This document shows, piece after piece, positions 52,921 through 64,000 of a stretch of DNA of 64,000 nucleotides. Both the position numbers and the translations under genes were made by a program. The DNA comes from Ranitomeya imitator. Its lineage: Eukaryota. The stretch spans positions 650,628,001-650,692,000 of the forward strand of contig NC_091284.1 of the NCBI RefSeq assembly GCF_032444005.1. The letters run 5' to 3'. The stretch's first letter is position 1; each line of letters opens with the position of its first letter. Under the pieces are notes generated by a model, which was not told the DNA's origin, searched no databases, and saw only the letters and a program-made list of their open reading frames with translations.

Positions 52921-54416
52921 TGAATACCATGCTTGGCATAGGTGGCTTTCTTTCATAGGATGCTGCCCTTCCCGTGGTTGTTCCTTCCCGGGGAAAGGCC
53001 TGGCTATTCACTGCTTGCGTCGAGAAACACGTGATGGTGTCTCCGCAGCTTCTTTACATGCATCTGCATATTTCCCATAAGGGATGGGGGCAGTGTTCTG
53101 GAATCACTGCGTTGAGAAACACGTGATGGTGTCTCCGCGGTGTTGGATGTTTTGGTCTCCCCGAGGCCAATCATCTGTGCCTTTATGAACTCGGAATGAC
53201 CTGGAGAATCATAATGGCAGGTCAGCTTTAGCATTTCGTGAAGCTTGCAAAAAAGCCAAACAAAAAATAAGTGTGGGATTGCACTTTTTTTGCAATTTCA
53301 CCACACTTGGAATTTTTTTCCCCGTTTTCTAGTACAAGACATGGAAAAACCAATGGTGTCGTTCAAAAGTACAACTCGTCCCGCAAAAAATAAGCCCTCA
53401 CATGGCCAAATTGACGGAAAAATAAAAAAGTTATGGCTCTGGGAAGGAGGGGAGCGAAAAACGAAAACACAAAAACGAAAAAGGGCCGTGGGAAGGGGTT
53501 AAGACTGTAGTTTTTATAAAAGTTTGAAGGGGAAGATCAGGTTGCCACATACATATTCTGTCGATCGAAACCTCCGCCTTCTCAGCCCAGGAGGTCGCCA
53601 TGGCCCTGGTGAAATGGGCCTTCAGGTTCTCAAAAACAGGCCTATTACTATAGGTGTATGCTGGGCTAATGGCGTCCCTAACCCATCCAGCTATAGTACC
53701 CCTTGTAACCTTTCCCGATTCCCTGAAACAACACGAATAAGGAAGGACTCACTCTTTCTCCACTGTTATGACACATCTAAGTACTGTACCAAAGCTGTCC
53801 TAACATCTAAAGTGTGAAGCCTGCGTTCATCCGCATTTTTCAGGTCCCTAATAAAGAAGGGGAGAACCATCTTCTGGCTTCTATGAAACTTCGACGCTAC
53901 CTTTAGGAGATTTGCTGGATCTGACCTCAGACTAACACTATCTTCCGATATCTGCATGAATGGGTGATTAGATAGAGCCTGTAAATATCACTGACACTGC
54001 GGGATAATGTTAGGGCCACTAATATCACAATTTTTAGCGCTAGTACTTTAGCCAGTAATTCATTCTAGGACTCAAAGGGAGATCTTGTCAATGCCTCAAG
54101 AACGAACTTTAAAGTCCCAAGGAGGCATCTTTGGGGCTGGCATTAGTCTCGACCTATGGCATGCTTTAATGAGCTTAACTATCCATCTATCCTCCACTTG
54201 GTTATAATTATATAGGGCTGCCAAAGCAGACACCTGCACCTTAAGGGTGCTAGTTGCTAGGCCCATCTCCATACCCTTTGAAGAAATTCGAATATAGCTT
54301 TAATTGGGACCTTGCCCCCCAAGGATTGTCCCGAGTAAGTTGAGAATTTAGCCAATATCCTACCGCATATTCTAGTCATTACCGGCTCCCTACTCTGCAG
54401 CAGGCTAGTGACTAAA

Positions 54417-55944
54417 GGTACCATCACATTTAGCGACGCTTCAGCGATACAGACAACGATCCGACCTAAACTAGATCGCTGGAGCGTCGCTGTTAGGTCG
54501 CTGTAGAGACGTCAAACACAGCAACTCCAGAACGATGCAGGAGCGATCCAGTGACGTACCGTATATACTCGAGTATAAGCTGAGATTTTCAGCCCAAAAT
54601 TTTGGGCTGAAAGTGCCTCTCTCGGCTTATACTCGAGTCACGGTGGGCGGCAGGGGCGGCGGGTCAGGGGGAGAGGGCGCTGATGCATACTCACCTAGTC
54701 CCGGCGATCCTGGCGCTCCCCCTGCCCGTCCCACGGTCTTCGGTGCTGCAGTTTTTCTCCTCTTCAGTGGTCACGTGGGACCGCTCATTAGAGAAATGAA
54801 TACGCGGCTCCACCTCCCATAAGGGTGGAGCCACATATTCATTTCTCTAATCAGCGGTGCCGGTGACCGCTGATAGAGGAAGAGGCTGCGGCACCGAAGA
54901 CCGTGTGACAGGCAGAGGGAGCGGGACGCCGGGAGCAGGTAAGTATGTCATATTCACCTGTCCCCGTTCCACACGCCGGGCGCCGCTCCATCTTCCCGGC
55001 GTCTCTCCGCTCTGAATGTGCAGGTCAGAGGGCGCGATGACGCATATAGTGTGCGCGGCGCCCTCTGCCTGATCAGTCAATGCGGAGAGACGTTGGGACA
55101 AGACGCCGGGAGCTGCAAGCAAGAAAGGTGAGTATGGCATTTTTTTTATTGCAGCAGCAGCAGTGGCACAGCTTTCTATGGCACAGCTATGGGGCAATAA
55201 TGAACGGTGCAGAGCACTATATGGCAGCTATGGGGCAATAATGAACGGCGCAGAACACTATATGGCAGCTATGGGGCAATAATGAACGGCGCAGAGCACT
55301 ATATGGCACAGCTATGGGGCAGTAATCAACGGCGCAGAGCACTATATGGCACAGCTATGGGACAAAAATGAACTGTGCAGAGCACTATATGGCACAGCTT
55401 TATATGGCACATCTATGGGGCAATAATGAACGGTGTAGAGCACTATATGGCACAGCTTTATATGGCACATCTATGGGGCAATAATGAAATGTATGGAGCA
55501 TTATATGTGGCACAGCTTTATATGGAGCATCTTATGGGGCAATAATGAACGGTATGGAGCATTTATTTTTATTTTTGAAATTCACCGGTAGCTGCTGCAT
55601 TTCCCACCCTAGGCTTATACTCGAGTCAATAAGTTTTCCCAGTTCTTTGTGGCAAAATTAGGGGAGTCGGCTTATACTCGAGTATATACGGTACTTATCG
55701 TTCTCGCTGGTTGTTAGCTCCATGTAAAAACATTGCTGGCATCATTGCTTTTGCTGTCAAACATGACGAATCACGCCGACCTGACGACCAAATAAAGTTC
55801 TGGGCTTTCAGCTCCGACCAGCGATGTCACAGCAGGATCCTGATCGCTGCTGCGTGTCAAACACAACGAGATCGCTATCCAGGACGCTGCAACATCACGA
55901 ATCGTTGTCGTTCTCGTTGTAAAGTTGCTCAGTGTGAAGGTACC
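54417..55944. mobile_element. Harbinger-type MITE containing a pogo-like element (54559-55691)
   Basis: GGTACCATCACA..TGTGAAGGTACC termini. Inner TA|CCGTATATACTCGAGTATAAGC..GCTTATACTCGAGTATATACGG|TA. Confidence 0.75.
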
Positions 55945-55989
55945 TTAAGACCGGGAAGAAGCGTTTTTGTATTAACAGTGCCCTCTCAA

Positions 55990-56330
55990 AATCCAGGCCG
56001 TCAAATGCAGACCTATATAGAAACACCGTGAGCACAGCTATGGGGTGGTGCTAAGGTTAGATTCCCAAACCATAAGTACAGTAGATATAAACCTAGCACT
56101 CAACTTAAATGCGTTGAAAAGGAATTTATTGTACTACATGGAAAACGTTTCGGTTGATCAGGACCTTCTTCATTTACGTGCTGTACTGAGCATATAGGGT
56201 ACATGACTCTCTAATGAGAGACCAGAAGTGCTTTGCAATATAACAGAAATCCGTGAAGAGTAACAAGCTGGACTATGCATATGAGTCGGGCAACTGTGCC
56301 ACCGGACGCGGTATCCACCACAAGTCAAAT
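55990..56330 (-). mobile_element. Penelope-like pLTR remnant with a degenerate hammerhead motif
   Basis: Minus strand ATGAAGAA-GGT-CCTGATCA-ACC-GAAACGTT, then AATAAA and GAGTGC; boundaries approximate. Confidence 0.45.
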
Positions 56331-59300
56331 GCAAACCTGATCTCTGAGGATGAGACACTGGGCCCTGCCTGAGGAGACTCGGAGTATCCGGGAGAATCCA
56401 GTGATCTGATAAGAACATTCTCCTCATCCATGAGAACCATGGCCTCTTGGCCCAAAAAGGAGCAATGAGGATGACTCTTGCTCCCGCTTCCCAAATCTTC
56501 CTCAGGACTGCCAGAATCAACATCAACTGGGGAAATGCGTAAGCCAGCCTGAAATCCCAAGGAATCTGTAGTGCATCAACCGCATACAGTCCATCTCTTG
56601 GGTTCAAAGAGCAGAAGATCTTTGTTTTCCTGTTTTTTCTGTTGGCAAACAGGCTATGTCTGGCTGTCCCCATCGATCCACAATCTGCTGAAAAACTAGC
56701 GGTTCCAGTTCCCATTCCCCCTGCTTCAGAAAATCTGCTTCTTCGTTCTCCTTCCCTTTTTATATGCAGTGCAGTTAGTCTCAATTGTTCTTCCATGATC
56801 TGGAGAATTGACGGAGTACCATCAGGGCCCGGGATCTTGTGCCTCCCTGATGGTTGATATAGGCACCCGTCGTCCGGTTATCTAACATTACCCGAATGTG
56901 GTGTCCTTCTAGATGGGGAAGGAATTCCACTACTGCTCTTTTTATCGCCAGTAGCTCTTTCATGTTTGAATTATGACCCTGGACTATGCGATCCCTGAGA
57001 TGTGCTCCCCATTCTTCTGCGCTTGCATCCCTCACAATCACACCTGTTACCTGGTAGGACCAACGAATTCCCTGCGATATATTGCCTGAGTCTAGCCACC
57101 AAGTCATGGAGTCGATTGCTTTTCAGAAAAGTGCAACTTTCCCTTCTAAACGATCTCTGAGTCTTCTTTCTCCATCTAGGACATCCTGTTGTAAAATCCT
57201 AGAGTGAATCTGGGGCCCACTGATTACAGGAAGTCATTGTTCCTACTAGAGACGTAGCCTTCCTTATAGACATGACCAGGTTGGTAATTGCTGCTGCTAC
57301 AAGCGTCATGATCCTGTTTTTCTTTTCCCATATTTATCATACATCGTAGCGGAGTCAGAGTGGCCTGAATGTGTCTCAGCTGACGACTGCAGTCCTCCTC
57401 CGACCTGCAGATTAACAAAAAATCGTCCAGATATGGCACGATCAACACATTCTGTTTCGGAAATGTGCAGTCACCTCCAGAATTATCTTGGTGAAAATTC
57501 TTGGGACCATGGATAGACCGAAGGGTAGAGCCCGGTATTGGAAGTGTCTTAACTGTCCCTCAGACACAGATGACTGTAGTCCCGACTTTTCCTCCTCTTT
57601 ATGTCCCATCAGGTGTTTTAACGACTCATGGACTTCTGATCTAATTATAGCTGTCAGGTCCATAGCAATCCTGGGGGTTTCCTCCGAGACAGTCTGCTGT
57701 ATGCAATCAGCACAGAGCCTTTTACTATACGTGTTGGGTAAACTTCCGCTGCACAGAGCACACTCTTTATTATCCTGCTTCGAGCTACTATACGTTTCAG
57801 GGGCCTTTCCTAGTAAAAAATACATAGAGAAAGGGGGGACCTGTTTAATATGGTGAAGTTTCACGTAGATCACTCACCATTCATCTGATCAATCTAGGGT
57901 ACCGGAGATAGTTATTAAGGTTGAAGGAAGACTTTATGTCCATCTAGTTCAACCCATAGCCTAACCTAACATGCCCTAATATGTTGATCCAGAGGAAGGC
58001 AAAAAAAAACCATGTGGCAAAGAGTAAGCTCCACACTGGGGAAAAAAAAATCCTTCCCGACTCCACATACGGCAATCAGACTAGTTCCCTGGATCAACAC
58101 CCTATCAAGGAATCTAGTATATATACCCTGTAACATTATACTTTTCAAGAAAGGCATCCAGTCCCCTCTTAAATTTAAGTAATGAATCACTCATTACAAC
58201 ATCTTACGGCAGAGAGTTCCATAGTCTCACTGCTCTTACATTAAGAATCCGCGTCTGTTATTATGCTTAAACCTTCTTTCCTCCAGACGTAGAGGATGCC
58301 CCCTTGTCCCTGTTTCAGGTCTATGATTAAAAAGATCAGAAAGGTCTTTGTACTGTCCCCTCATATATTTATACATTAACATAAGATCACTCCTTAGCCT
58401 TCGTTTTTCCAAACTAAACAGCCCCAAGTGTAGTAACCTATCTTGGTATTGTAGACTCCCCAGTCCTCTAATAACCTTGGTCGCTCTTCTCTGCACCCGC
58501 TCTAGTTCAGCTATGTCTTTCTTATACACCGGAGACCAGAACTGTACACAGTATTCTAAGTGTGGTCGAACTAGTGACTTGTATAGAGGTAAAATTATGT
58601 TCTCCTCATGAGCATCTGCGCCTCTTTTAATGCATCCCATTATTTTATTTGCCTTTGTAGCAGCTGCCTGACACTGGCCACTGAATGTGAGTTTGTCATC
58701 CACCCATACACCCAGGTCTTTTTCATTGACGGTTTTGCCCAGAGTTTTAGAATTAAGCACATTGTTATATATCTTATTACTTCTACCCAAGTGCATGACC
58801 TTAAAATTATCCCCATTAAAGCTCATTTGCCATTTATCAGCCCAAGCTTCTAGTTTACATAAATCATCCTGTAATATAAAATTTTCCTCCTCTGTATTGA
58901 TTACCCTGCAGAGTTTAGTGTCATCTGCAAATATTGAAATTCCACTCTGTATGCCCCCTACAAGATCATGAATAAATATGTTAAAAAGAAGAGGGCCCAA
59001 TACTGACCCCTGTGGTACCCCACTGCTAACCGCTACCCAGTCCGAGTGTGCTCCATTAATAACCACCCTTTGTTTCCTATCCCTGAGCCAGCTCTTAACC
59101 CACTTACACATATTTTCCCCTATCCCCATTATTCTCATTTTATGTATCAACCTTTTGTGTGGCACCATATCAAAGGCTTTTGAAAAGTCCATATACACTA
59201 CGTCCACTGCGTTCCCTTGGTCCAGTCTGGAACTTACCTCCTCATAGAAAATGATCAGATTTGTCTGACAGGACCGGTCCCCAGTAAACTCGTGCTGATA

Positions 59301-59935
59301 CTGGGTCATGAGGTTATTCTTCAGATACTCCAGTATAGCATCCCTTAGAATGCCCTCCAGGATTTTACCCACAGTAGAAGTTAAGCTTACTGGCCTATAA
59401 TTTCCGAGTTCAGTTTTTGTCCCCTTTTTGAACATTGGCACCACATTTGCTATACGCCAGTCCTGTGGCACAGACCCTGTTATTATGGAGTCTTTAAAGA
59501 TTAAAAATAATACTCTATCAATGACTGTACTTAATTCCTGCAGTACTCAGGGGTGTATCCCATCCGGGCCCAGAGATTTGTCAATTTTAGTGATTTTTAG
59601 ACGCCGACGTACTTCCTGCTGGGTTAAGCAGGTGACACTTAATGTGGAATTTTTGTTATCACTGATCATATTGTCTGCCATGGAATTTTCTTATGTAAAT
59701 ACTGATGAAAAAAAGTAATTTAGCATATTGGCTTTTTCCTCATCCATCACTTCACCCAGACTATTTTTAAGGGGCCAACACTATCATTTTTTAGTTTCTT
59801 ACTATTAATGTACGGTAGTTAAAGAATATTTTGGGGTTATTTTTTACTCTCTCTGGCAACGAGTCTCTCTGTCTCAATCTTTGCTGCCTTGATTTGCTTT
59901 TTACAGAATTTATTTTATTTTCTGTATTTATTTAA

Positions 59936-61805
59936 AGGGACTCTGTCACCCCCTCCAGCCGTTAGAAACTAAAAGAGACACCTTGTGCAGCAGTAATGCT
60001 GCATTCTGACAAGGTGGCCCTTTTAGTTATTGGTGCAGTCAAAGCAGAAACAAAGCGTTTTATAATTTTGCAAAAATACCTGTCTTCAGTCAAGGAGGCA
60101 GGTCTTGGCACTGCTTGGGGACTATTTGACAGACGCCGGTTACATTTATCTACATGAAACCGCTTTGAATCTTTGGTAGCAGCTGGATCCACACCATCTG
60201 AGACTTTAGCAAATAGATGAGTACACTGGTGACAAATAATTTGATTGTCTATTTGCACTAATAGGACGACTGAGTCCTTCAATCCTCACTATATGTATTC
60301 TGGGGAGCCCTCCTCATATTGTTACGGAGTGTTGGTTGTGGTCCTGTTTCTGCTACCTGGAGGTTCTTCTTTTTCGTCCATCTCTTGTCATGATTATCAC
60401 ATCATATTTATCTTTATGGACATACATTATTAGTCATTTTACATCGAGCATTGGCACACTATATAGTGAAACAAGATTGGACCTCATTTAAGTGCTGGAT
60501 ATCTTCTTATCGTTTTCTTTGGACAAAAATATTAGTGCAGTGTGTACCTGTATTTGGGTTAAGTCATTTGACTGTACATTACCTGTAGGGGAGAATTTTT
60601 CTTCCATCACAGTACCCTGTATTGCTCCCTATAGTACACTGGTTAAGTACACTGTGAGTACACATTTTTTTGTTGTTTATATTTTTTTGTTTAGGTTACT
60701 TTTTCCATTTTGTTTTGTTTTTTTTCTCTCTTACGGGTATCGGTGGTGTTTGTGGGACAATATCTTCTGTCTATCCCTAATTATAGGGATTGTTAGGGAC
60801 CCTAGGGTCAGCCGCCGTTGAGTGGGGACGCCTACCGCAGTAAATTAGGGTGTCTACCCCCACTGTTAGGCAGGAGGCAATTATAGGAATATTTAGTAGG
60901 GCTCACTAGCCTTTTTCAGATTGTAGGCATTTTTTAGGGCTTTTAAGGGCGAGCCGTCGAAGGAGTGGGGGCGCTTACCGCAGAAAAATAGGGTGCCAAC
61001 CGCCACGGTCAGGCAGGACTCATTGTAGTTCGACGTAGGGTCTACTAGGTACATTTAATACTGTTTTACTTGTATTGTGGATAAATATAGTCTTTTTAAT
61101 CGTATTATTAAAAGTTATTTTTTAGGGATCCCTGTTCTTTGTTTTGGTCTATATTCTTCTCTGGGATTACGCATTATCGTGGTTGGGTTTTTCAGGTCTT
61201 AATCCCCCTGCTGCACACGCCACACTGCCGTCACTCAAGGCTTCTTTGGCGCCGCCCCCTCCGCGCTGTTTTCAAATCAAATCCGGCGCCTGCGCTATTT
61301 TGTTCTGCCTGGGGCAGGCGCAGTGAGCGCTGCCCGTCTGACCTCAGATGCAGTCTCGCAGACTGCGCCTGTGCGGCCGCCCTGCTTGTGAATCCCAGCC
61401 TCGCAGTGTTATGCATTATGCACAGTGCGGGGCTGGGATTCACAAGCTGGGTGGCTGCACAGGCGCAGTCTGCGAGACTGCATCTGAGGTCAGACGGGCA
61501 GCGCTCACTGCGCCTGCCCCAGGCAGAGCAAAAGAGCGCAGGCGCCGGATTTGATTTGAAAACAGCGCGGAGGGGGCGGCGCCCGGCACCGAAGCCTTGA
61601 CTGACGGCAGTGTGGCATGTGCAGCAGGGGGGTTAAGACCTGCCTCCAGGACTAAAGACAGGTATTTTTGCGAAATTATAAAACGCTTTACTTCTGCTTT
61701 GACTGCACCAATAACTAAAAGAGCCACCTTGTCAGAATGCAGCATTACTGCTGCACAAGGTGGCTCTTTTAGTTTCTAATGGCTGGAGGGGGTGACAGAG
61801 TCCCT
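59936..61805. mobile_element. T2/Kolobok-type palindromic MITE (about 780 bp without its insert)
   Basis: TTAA TSD at 59932-59935 and 61806-61809. About 170-bp TIRs starting AGGGACTCTGTCACC. Inner part 61201-61640 is a near-perfect hairpin. Confidence 0.88.
60107..61192. mobile_element. Unclassified 1086-bp insertion with an 8-bp TSD and no TIRs
   Basis: CAGGTCTT duplicated at 60099-60106 and 61193-61200; removing the insert restores the MITE palindrome. Confidence 0.7.
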
Positions 61806-63354
61806 TTAATGCCTCATCACTACCTACTTCCTTTAATTCTCTAAATGCTTTCTTTTTGTCACTTATTGCGCCCCTTACAGCTCTATTTAGCCATATTGGT
61901 TTCCTCCTATTGCTAGTATGTTTATTCCCATACGGTATATACTGTGCACAGGTCCTATCCAGGATGCTAATGTCTCCCATTTTCTTTGTGTATTTTTATG
62001 TCTCAGGATATCATCCCGGATCATCTCTCATCCGTTGGAAATTTGCCCTCCTGAAGTTTAGTGTTCTTGTAACCCCTCTACTACACATCTTATTAAAGGA
62101 TACATGAAAACTTATTTTGTGATCACTATTCCCCAAGTGACCCCCAACCCTTATATTTGCTATGCGGTCTGGCCTGTTGGTTAATATTAGGTCTAGCAGT
62201 GCCCCCCTTCTTGTTGGGTCCTGAACCAGTTGTGAAAGGTAATTGTCTCTCATAGTTGTCAAAAACCGATTACCTTTGCTGGAACTGCAGGTTTCTGTTC
62301 CCCAATCTATTTCAGGGTAGTTGAAGTCCCCCATAATAATGACTTCTCCTTGAGTCGCAGCTTCATCTATTTGCTTTAAGAGGATATTCTCTGTTGCTTC
62401 CATTATTTTTGGAGACTTATAACAAACCCCTATCAGTAAATTTATTATTTTTCCCTCTCCCCTTATCTCCACCCACAGAGACTCTACATTTTCATTAGAT
62501 TCACCTATATTATCACGCAGGATGGGTTTTAAGGATGATTTTACATATAGACACACCCCTCCCCCTCGCTTATCTGTTCGGTCATTTCTGAACAGACTAT
62601 AACTCTGCAAGTTAACAGCCCAGTCATGGCTCTCATCCAGCCACGTTTCAGATATCCCCACCATGTCATAATTATGCTCCAACAACATTAATTCTAATTC
62701 CTCCATTTTGTTGGCGAGGCTTCTGGCATTACTATAAATGCACTTTATGTATCTCTCTGCACCTCTATTCTTTCCTAAATTATTAATTGATCTAACCCCA
62801 CCCCCCCATGCCACCGCCACCCCCAACTTCCTTATTTGTGCCAAGGTCTCTATCTGCACTATCTTCCCCTCCTATAAAATGAATACCCTCCCCCCATTCC
62901 CTTGTTTAAACACTCCTCCAACCTTCTAGCCATTTTCTCCCCCAGCACAGCTGCACCTTCCCCATTGAGGTGCAGCCCGTCCCTAGCGTAGAACCTGTAG
63001 CCAACTGAGAAGTCGTCCCAGTTCTGCAGCAACCCAAACCCCTCCTTCCTACACCAATTCTTGAGCCACTTATTAACCTCCCTAATCTCCCGTTGCCTCT
63101 CTGGCGTGGCACAGGCAGTATTTTGGAAAATACCACGTTAGAGGTCCTTGCTTTCAGCCTAATTCCCTGAAGTCGTTTTTAAAGGACCTTCCACCTACCT
63201 CTTTGTAATTTGTACCAATGTGCACCATGACCGCTGGGTCACCATGGAGGCTGGATCGGTTCAGAAGAACGTTCTCCCCTGGAGGTGGGCTCGTGACCTG
63301 CCTTGCTCTTCAGGCTGGTCCTCTTGCTTGCCCAACTACCACTACTACGTCCCT

Positions 63355-63867
63355 TGAACAAGGACAATGGTGTGCACTCTGGTCAAGGACACGGAGGTGC
63401 TGGTAAAACAGACCGTGTGGGGTCCTGTTTAGGGTGAGCCGCAGCATATAAAGAACTCCTTATAATGGACATCCCGCGCTCAGCTGTGCTGTCCTGGATT
63501 GGAGGACAGCACAGCTGGGCGCGGGTTGCGCCGCTGACCCCCGGACACAGGACAGAGCAGGACAGCTCCACATGCTGCGGCTCACCCTAAACAGGACCCC
63601 TCTACCTATACCACAGGAGCAATTATTGGACCCACTATAAGGTTATGCCTTAAAAGAACCATTGTCTTGCCTTCTATCACTGCCACTCCAATGTCTGTGT
63701 ATCAAAAGAGTTAAGTAACCCCATGAATAAGACCCGGGAGGGTCGAAACGTCGGGTTTCTATCTACGAATTATCACAGTGGCAATTGTTGACTTGTTTTC
63801 TTGAATAAATCTGGCATATACCTTTTTGCATCATACCAGTTTTCGAGTGTGCGGTATTTTTTCTTCT
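63355..63867 (+). mobile_element. 513-bp structured non-coding retroelement with a Penelope-like 3' end and a variant hammerhead
   Basis: ACTACTACGTCCCT duplicated at 63341-63354 and 63868-63881. Nested inverted repeats. GACCC-GGGA-GGGTC-GAAACGTC motif; AATAAA..GAGTGTGCGGTATTTTT end. Confidence 0.7.
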
Positions 63868-64000
63868 ACTACTACGTCCCTGGCGATGGCCCTGCTGGCA
63901 ATGCTGTAATGGCTCCTGTGTTGGCTGCTACTGTGGTAGCTGCTGCTGTGGTGGCTGCTGCAGAAATGCCACCATAACCCTGGGCACATCCTGTGTTATA

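Larger units (their letters stand above)
52096..53183. mobile_element. Hammerhead-ribozyme-bearing 353-bp tandem element (retrozyme / non-autonomous Penelope-like): two direct units plus one inverted unit
   Basis: CATGTAAAG recurs at 52096, 52449 and 52802 (period 353). Inverted unit at 52811-53183. TATGAACTCGGAATG duplicated at 52081-52095 and 53184-53198. Confidence 0.88.
51520..53498 (+). mobile_element. Right part of a piggyBac-like non-autonomous element, hosting the hammerhead array
   Basis: Ends AAGGGG|TTAA. Paralogous to 40614-41409. Host sequence resumes across the 15-bp TSD. Confidence 0.55.
53503..57900 (-). mobile_element. Second, more degenerate DIRS element with nested insertions
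   Basis: YRALPFGLS..PRIFTK and PYLDDFLL (RT); DAS..WGAHL..KELLAI..DNRTT (RNase H); DAL..PW..RLAYAFP (MT); STLKVQVSAL..PPWD (tyrosine recombinase, about 54100-54300). Confidence 0.85.
57906..64000 (-). mobile_element. Long CR1 LINE (different subfamily; frameshifted ORF2, endonuclease and upstream region), running to the window edge
   Basis: RT fragment 58236-59471 (GVPQGSVLGP, FADD). Endonuclease 62011-62859 (SNARSL, ETWLD, MGDFNYP, SDH). Interrupted at 59936-61805 and 63355-63867. Confidence 0.9.

Overview
Vertebrate genomic DNA, most likely from a frog (inferred from the repeat families; no prokaryotic features). One host gene is visible: eight coding exons of MTRF1 (mitochondrial release factor 1) on the minus strand, 50594 to 15055. 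All junctions are GT-AG and phase-consistent, and the exons carry the GGQ motif and the mtRF1-specific RT and GLS insertions. The first coding exon was not found and probably lies beyond 64000. Most of the remainder is nested transposable elements: Tc1, CR1, L1-like, DIRS (one with both ITRs and the ICR), Gypsy remnants, a solo LTR, Helitrons, Harbinger/T2-Kolobok/piggyBac/pogo-type MITEs and a V-SINE. The top finding is a young 1.09-kb intronic insertion (52096-53183) flanked by a 15-bp TSD. It consists of 353-bp tandem units, each carrying a type I hammerhead ribozyme: two in MTRF1 sense and one inverted. This resembles a non-LTR retrozyme or newt satellite-2-like element. A second small structured element with a 14-bp TSD and a variant hammerhead lies at 63355-63867. 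Coordinates were counted by eye; exon and TSD boundaries were checked base by base, and degenerate repeat boundaries are approximate. Family names come from motif recognition, not database searches.
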